The notes under the pieces: model-generated
The model's input: only the letters and a program-made list of their open reading frames with translations
Told to the model about the DNA's origin: nothing
Database searches by the model: none
Program-made: the position numbers and the translations under genes
Part shown: piece after piece, positions 55,791-64,000 of the stretch
How the letters are laid out: every line of letters starts with the position of its first letter
How positions within the stretch are numbered: the first letter of the stretch is position 1
Source: the human T2T-CHM13v2.0 reference genome, Homo sapiens
Reading direction: 5' to 3' (one strand)
Length of the DNA: 64,000 nucleotides
Assembly (NCBI RefSeq): GCF_009914755.1
Contig: NC_060931.1

Positions 55791-58789
55791 TTGTGAGCCA
55801 TTAGCATTCAAACTTAAAGTTTCTTTGTTCATAATATTTGCTAATTAAAGGGGGAGTGGAGTATAAGATATAGAAAATGGGGCTGATTTTTACTACCATA
55901 ACATACCTCCTATGATTTAAAAATATAAATCATTACTATTAGTTTTAATCTGCTTCCTTCATATTTCTTTCATATAAAAAATAAAGAATATATAACTGCA
56001 TAATCTCTCAGACAATAACACAGCTTCAAAATAAGTGTTGGTTCAAAGGATAAAGTAGTATTTTGTTAAGGGGCTCTCATTTTGTAAGCTACTTTTATTT
56101 TTGGCATACACAGTACTCATGGTCAGCTTTAATATACTCAGATATCATTTCAAAGTATTGTTATTTCTAGGCCTTACTTTAAAGATTTCAGCCTTAAAAG
56201 TATGATTAGAAGAAATTTCGTGAGCATAGTACTTCAAGCCAATTTTTATCCGACCTTTCTTTAATGCTTTACTTAAGAGATTTCTAGACATAAAAAATAT
56301 TATATTTGTATCTTATGTTACAAAGAGACCAAATGTTCAGTAACTACATACTGGATCACTTTTCTAATCTTTGATAAGAAAAGACCCTTAGAGACAGTGA
56401 GACTCCAGAGAAAAATTAAACTATGAGACATTTTTTGCTCTCTCAGATTCTTAACCTAAATTTGTTTCATATTTGATATCTGGCTACAATGAAAACCAAA
56501 GCATCCCTGAAAAGGCAAGATATGTTTATCAATAAAACATGGACATGGATGATGATTATAAAGAAAACAGGAAATGCCCTGACTTTGCCTTGAGGATAAC
56601 CATGTAAATTTCTTGACCGGTTTTATAACCTTTTAAATCGTACTTGAATATTCTCTCATTTTCTGCCTCCTGAAGTCATTAATCAGTTTGCAAATGTAGC
56701 CCATGATTGGTGGGGAGGGGCTAAGTTTCCTATGAGCTAGACACCCTTAACTCTGGGAAAACTCCAAAATGACTGTATCTTTCAGATTTCCAATGGTTTC
56801 ACATGATGCCAGTTATCCCATACAAAATAATTTTTTTTCTTTATTCCACTAACACTCAGGAACACTGATTTGTTTGACTTTGAGGTTGAAAAGACAAGTT
56901 TCACCAACATTATAACACTTTCTTGGAATAAATTAAATTTAAAATTTGATTCAAATAAAATATTTTTAAAATGATGTTGCAGCTTCACGGTCAGCTGTCT
57001 TTTCTTTGTTGTTATTGCTGTAGCCTGAAACATCTAGTCTTCTAATTCCAAGGAAAACATTAAATGTCAAATTCATCCTTAATACAGGATAAAGAGACCA
57101 TCTGCATCTACCCCTAAATTTTCTTTTGTAGTGAGATCTGAGTCCTTGATAAAGTCATTCTCATACTGATTATTGCACTGAGAATCACTCAGCTGCTATT
57201 TAGTTTAAGAGCTAGATTTGAAGCATCTATAAAGCATGATGCTAATCTTAATTTCAATAAAACAAAATTAGCCCAGAATTAAACAACAGTTCCTGCTGAG
57301 CTGTGTTGTGATATGAAGTGTACATCCCTATCAATGTCACTACACAGACACCTATTGTCTTCAACATTACTGGGAACAGGTATGTATCTCCCCTGATGGT
57401 GGCAGCAAGTGTTCCTCATGTTTCTTGCTTTCCCAATGCATATGGTTTGATGAGATGGTCTGTACCAGTCTAGTTTGCAAAGCAACTCACCCTCTCTTCT
57501 CCTAGTGGGTTTTCTTTCTGGAATGATGAAAAGTGCTCTGAATTTGGAGTTAGATTTAAGTTCAAAACCAGCTCTGAAACATATTGTGTGACCTTTAGCA
57601 AACCATTTAACTGTCCTTGTGTCAGTTTGCTTATCTGCCTGATAAAGATAAAAAAAAGAACCCCCTTTTACAGTTGCCATCAACGTAGATTTGATACATG
57701 GGAAAATGCTTTGGAAAATGGAAAGCGTTATAAAAAATGCTATTCTGTACTAGTTTGTGAAACACCATCCATAATGACTTGTCCTCTCTTTCCGTACATA
57801 GCCTTCATTCTCTGCAGTGTGCCACAGTGTCTTCCTCATCACTGTTTTCCAGTATTTTACCTCCTATTCTTTATTTTCTCACTTTTCTCCCTCCCTCTGT
57901 GTGTCGGGGTTTCCTTGTCTGCTGTATTTCAGGTCTCAGAGACTTTGGCTTATAAACCACTTGGCTGTCCTACTCATAAGTCACAGTGCTCCCTCCACTG
58001 CTAGATCATCAGTTCTGGCTGGCAAGGATCTTGTTCTTAAACATTATTTTATCCCCAGTGCCCAAGCAGCACCTGTCACACAGCAGGTATTGGGTGGAAT
58101 GTCAGTGGAAATAATGAGTAGTTTACCAACTAAGACCAATTTCAGTATTCCCTTGGGTTTCTCTAATTTGAACCTTGAGTGTCTTATTAACATTTGACTC
58201 CCCTTGATTTCTGCCTACACATTTCTATTTTAAATATTGCCTCTCTTTTACCAGTGTCTTTTCTGTAGATTATGCTATAATAATCCAGTATGCCTTTAAA
58301 CATTTAACACAATTTACAAGTGAAAGAAAGGGAATAACGTGCAGACTCTCCCCATCTCAAGTTACTACCATCTAAACATTTTAAATGAATGAAGAATGAA
58401 TAAATGTGTGTCTATATGGGAAATTAGAATGTCATTATTTCCATTATAAAGTATTTTACTTGCTTTGAAAAATTGTTCAATACAGAGTTCCTGAAAATAT
58501 CTAATTTCCCCTACTATAGACCAACTAAAACTTGTTTTCCACAAATAAGTTTTATTCCTAAACCTACATTCATGAAAAAAAATTGCATCTAACACAGCAT
58601 TCTGATAATAGGATACACCCCCTAAATGATGTAATCAATCAGAGATTTTTTTCACCAAGTCACTGAAGCTGAGAATAAATAACTTTCGGTTCAAAGATGA
58701 GTGCCTTCATATTTTAGGTAATAGAAGATTAAATAAAACAATGTACGTGAAATTGTCTTGTTGACTTAAAAAAAAAAAAAGCTGTAAAA

Positions 58790-58995
58790 ATGGAAGAACA
58801 TAGGCTTTGAAATAAAAAATAGACCTGGCTTCAGATTTTGGCTACTTGACATATCCATTGGCTAGTCTTGGGCAAACCACTACACCTCAGTTTCTTCATT
58901 TGTAAAGTGAGAATGTTAAAATTACCTTGCAATGCTGTGCAAAAGATTCCATAAGGTAAAGTGCTGCTTCCTTGTAAGCACTTCCTAAAAAGTAG
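58790..58995 (+). mobile_element. MIR
   Basis: cttgggcaa...cctcagtttcttcatttgtaaa core. Confidence 0.7.
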
Positions 58996-59689
58996 CCATT
59001 ATTAACCATATCATAATTTCTACTAGAACACAAACTCCACATGAACAAGAGGTATCAGTGTGTTTTAAATACTTACCACTCTACCTGGCACATAGCAGAC
59101 ACTTAATATATGTTTCTTGAGTAGAGGTAATTAGGATTAGAGGATGAGAATGACGGTGTATAAAATTGCTCATCCTCCTGAGACTATCAGTGTCACCCCC
59201 ACAAAAGGGTGTCTAATCCCAAAGGCTATGACATGAACTTTTAGTAAAATCCCTGTCCAGTGAGACTGTTTTTGGTATTTTCCAAAACATCTTTATTACA
59301 AAACTAAAGCAGGATGGGTGTGGAGGGTGGGGAACACAACTTCTTTTTTAAAAGTAGTGAAATCAATTTGTCTGTTATCTTAAACAAACTGAGGTTGGTC
59401 ACAGAATGACCAGAATGACATGTTACTAGTCCCTTTGTCCACTGGAAGTATCTGAGGAGGAAAGGAAGGGCTTGACACCCACCTTCCTATTTAAGCCCTT
59501 GGGGATGTGTGGGTAAATGCATCCCCTCGTAGAAACAAAGAGGATTAATTCCCCCCACTTTTAAAGTTATTTAACATCACTATATGTACACAGACAAAAT
59601 AGTAAAATCTCAAGGAAGGCCCTTTTCTTAAAGAAACATTTATTTATAAAAATGATCTGCTTCCCTGATACCACCACCCCCTAGGATTT

Positions 59690-61215
59690 CCCCCTAAAGA
59701 AAGCAGATTCAACACTTGCCCTTATCCCTTCTTCCCCTTGAAACTTCACTAAAACAATAGTAAAGGGATATTTTAAAAGGCATAATCCCAGGGAAAACTG
59801 CATAATCCCAGGGAAAACTGAAAAAAGGAAAAAGAGATAACAGCAAGTATATTTTGGAAAAGTGCAAAGCAGAGAGCAGAGTGGCAAATTCCTCAGCAGT
59901 CCCCCAAAAGCTGAATGCTAAAGCAATAGTGGGAAAACCTGATTCACATCACGGAGTCCCCAAAATACTCAGGTATTGGCAGCCCTGAGGTGGGGATAAA
60001 GAGAGAAGGACTTGTTGAAAACCCCACTTAGGAAGAAGTTAGACCTCCCCCAAACACAGGCCCCTCTCTCATCCTATGCAGCAGGGTGACTACCCTACCT
60101 TCACCAATAGAGATGCTTGAGGAAGTGGAGACACTAAAATAGAGAGTCAGGATTGGGGACAGCAGGTATAGTAGATGACAAAGTACAGTACTAGAAACAC
60201 AGAATTGAAGGTCAAATTTACATACCTTTCCTACAAAGGTTCAAGACTCAAATCAAACCAAATTAGCAGTGGACTTCTAAAGGACAGCAAACGAGTGTCT
60301 TCAAAATTCTGAGGAAAAAAGTTATTTCCAATCTGGAATTGTACAGCCATCAGAATTAATGCATGAGGGTTTATAAAGCCATTTCCAGGCATATAGGCTT
60401 TAAAAATTTTCCTATGAATGCTTTTTCCGGAAATTACTGGAAGACATGCTTCCTAAAATGAGAGACTAAACAGAGAAGGACAATGACTTGGAATCCAGGA
60501 AACAGAGGGTCTAAAATAAAAGGGAGGCAAAGGAAATTCCAGAACGGTAGTAAAGGGATATCCCATGATATCCTTTTACTACCTGAAGCAATAGCTTCAG
60601 GAGGCCTAGGCTGGAGCAGGTCTAGAATGTTCTGATATATATATATATATATTCGATGAAATGCCCAATATATTTGACTATATAAAGAAAAAACTTACAC
60701 CAGAAGGAAGTAATTCAGAGTTGAATTAAACATAAATACACAAAACAACAAAACAAAGAAATTGATGAATTTCAAGAAAAACAACAGATCATTCCAGAAA
60801 GAAAATGTAAACCTAGTACTTTATCAGACCCAGCTGTAAACAGCATTTACATGGTCACACTCATGTAAACACCAATCTAACCAAAATTATGAAATGTCTG
60901 GGTTGAGGTGAGATAGGAAGTATGGTGGGTGAGGCACAGCAGGAAAGGGTGCCAGTTCTTCATCTTCCATAAGGGGAAGCCAATGGATAGTGCCCAAAAC
61001 TAAAAACTAAAAGAAGAGTTACATAAATATATGATTTAGAGATACGGAAGTAAATTCCAAAGGAATCTGCTCAAACAAAATTGAAAGCAATTGCCTCATG
61101 GGTGTGGAAAATGCCAGGATAAATGACTGCAATGTTTCATCATAAGCTTTTTGGAACTAAATTAGCTCTCTAAATTATGTGCTTGGAGCACACTGATAAA
61201 AGTAAAAACAAAATT
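59690..61215 (+). mobile_element. HAL1/L1M-like relic
   Basis: ORF1-type segment (cttcaaaattctgagg...ggaattgtacagcc) and cagcatttacatggtcac 3' block. Confidence 0.55.
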
Positions 61216-61525
61216 AAAACAAACAATAGCCCTCTGGAGGCCTTGACACCAAAGAGAAAAGTCTTGGTAGCTGAAGGACTTTAAATATGTTTTACATAGA
61301 AAATTGTAAGTGGTGCAATTATACTTCAGGGTTATGCGAGGTAAAGGAGGTGAGTGGAGATTGGAAATATTCTAACTGCTCAGGTACAGTCTTCCTTTCC
61401 CTAAATGTATCCTCAGTAATTCAAAATAGAAATGGTATAACAAAAATATAAAAAATGTATACCCAGGCTAGACCCTGCTTTGAAATATGAATTTCTTCTG
61501 CAATATTGCCCATTAAAACTATACA

Positions 61526-61817
<292 letters not shown>

Positions 61818-64000
61818 TCAGTGTGAGTTGAACTATTTTCCATGTTCGTTCAGTTCAATCACAAAATCATAGAACCTAGAATTCTGTTATTGTCAATTTC
61901 ATTCAATGATAGTCTGAATTTTGTTTGTTTGTATTCTATTGCCTCTCAATGAATGAAAAAGTAAATTTTTTCTTTTTACGTCTTTACTTCTTTACTGTTA
62001 ATAATGGGTATTAACAAACTTTCTAAAAAGACAATATTTGCTTTTGTATTAAATATTTCCAATGATTTTCACTTTGGGGAAACTTGACTTTTTAAAATTT
62101 TCATTTCTAACTTTTATTCATCTAATGAAGACAAAAAAGCAATCTTCTCTAACAAAGTCAATCAATTTATTGAGTGCCTATATTTTGGAAAGTATTAAAC
62201 TTGGTAAAAGCAGTTGAAAAACATAGGAAAAGATACTTTCAATTACTAAGAGCATGTTTAGAGAAAATATACTCTCTACATGTAAAACTTAACACCCTCA
62301 TTCCTTTCAACTTTACAAAGAGAGGACTCTATGATATACATTATCTAAAGAAAACAAAAAACTCTGTATCTACCTCACCACAAATAGAAAAGGCAATTGT
62401 TTTCCAAACTGTTTTTCTATATAAATGCCACTGCAAAAGAATTTTTACATTAAAAGAATTGTAATGTTTTCCTTGAACACTTTTACATAAGGTTTTTTTT
62501 GTGTGCAAGCAAGCAGATAATTCACCAAGTATCACAGAATCCCCCTCAATAAGAATCTGCTACACTGAAAGAAAAGTAAAAAGTATAAACAACATAAAAG
62601 TTATTTTAACTTACTGTTCTCTGAATTTATAACTAAAAACTCAGACGGTTTTTTCATGAGTAACATTCAACATGATTTAAAACCACAAAAGTCAGATTTG
62701 CTTATCTTGTAAAATTGATACAACCTGTGATTCATCTCCCCCCAACTAAAAGTTATTTCAAAATATAACACACTTTACTGGACATTTTAATATTTTTAAA
62801 ACATGGTGCCTTTTGACTCCTATCTACATGCTACATAGCCAATACTTTTAATAAACAAAAAGTTTGATGAAAGGCCTACATTCACTAAATGATAAATGAT
62901 AAACTCCAGTCTCTATCCTGTCAAATACTAAACTCTGCAAACTTTCTGTGCTAAGTATCTTTATGGCAGTTGTTTATTTTTCCTTTCCCGGTGATTGGAG
63001 GTTTAAAAATATTATGTTACTTACAGTTAGTAAATAAGGGAATTCCATTGCCAAATATTTGTACAAGATAATGGAACAGCCATCCTTCTATTAAGAATCC
63101 ATGGGGACTAAAATACTAACAACCTCAAGAGTACTTGCTGCTGAAAACACATATACACACAGAGCCTCTGTTTTAGCTATAGCAGACACACACTTGGTAA
63201 TTTCTGAAGGTCAATCATTCACCACGTCAATATCTCTCTACAATTTTTTTAAAAAAGTCAAAGAATCAGGTCAGCCTGATTTAGGAAAAATAAATTAGAA
63301 CTATAGACCAATGGTTAAAGAAATAGTCTTGTCTTAGAGACCGTCCCAAGCCCACCAGTATCAATAACTACTCAGGACATGCAGAAATTTAAGCTCAGAT
63401 TAAAAATTTATGGTCCTTTGTGCATGCTTGTACTTGAATAAATATTGAATATTTTTTCTAAAATTGTATCTTAATTTACTCCCCTTTTCAATTTCATTTA
63501 CATTAATAATTGCTGAGCTAATTTCTTATTAAAGATGTTGGTGAAATTCAAATTAGTAAGGGTTTGCTTCATGTGATGTTCAAACTACTAGACAGAGAAA
63601 TGTGTTATGCCAGGATGTGCCAGTCTAGCAGAAGGCTACAAGTTCCCAGGGTCAATGATGTACATCAAGGCATTAAGGGTCAGTCAATAAAACATCGGAG
63701 CACACTAGAGAAGTCACCATGTACATGGTGTCTATTGCCTGGTAAGCTAAGTCAGCTAAAGTGTGCAAGCTCAGCCCTATCTCAAAAGATTTACAGGCTG
63801 TTACTGGTTTCTGAAGAGGGTATCTATACAGATTATTGGGCCATTCCTAAGAATGTGAGACAGGGGTCCCCATTACCAAAACCCATACATGAACATGCAA
63901 ACAGGAAGGAGCCTTAGCAATATCTCAAGCAACACAGCCAAAATAATACCACACACGATTCTGACCCTTATCGTGCCTCTCCCTCAGACCTAACCAAATG

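Noticed and set aside
57279-58197. Three ORFs of 126-138 aa in intron 4
   Set aside because: No recognisable homology, partial MIR overlap, and no match to upstream TSPAN12 exons.

Overview
Human (or very close great-ape) genomic DNA containing the 3' half of the tetraspanin gene TSPAN12 on the minus strand. Four coding exons are present: 53140-53066, 47905-47798, 44027-43884 and 26226-25921, followed by a 3' UTR of about 1.27 kb ending near 24650. The upstream exons lie beyond the right edge of the window. About 4.4 kb downstream of the gene, on the same strand, is a 6.27-kb HERV-H provirus (13950-20215) with two LTR7s, a tRNA-His primer-binding site and decayed gag/pro/pol. The rest is mostly Alu, L1, L2/MIR, MaLR/ERV LTRs and DNA-transposon relics. 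Repeat subfamily names come from recalled consensus sequences, not from a RepeatMasker run, and most repeat boundaries are approximate. I found no convincing wholly new biological system. The best leads are regulatory: a 5' LTR7 that keeps its promoter and SOX-type motif, a strong CTCF motif inside an old L1 5' end, a UG repeat just upstream of the exon 6 acceptor, stop-free phase-0 exons flanked by inverted Alus (circRNA candidate), an intronic polyadenylation candidate after exon 7, and a structured 550-bp AT-only array.
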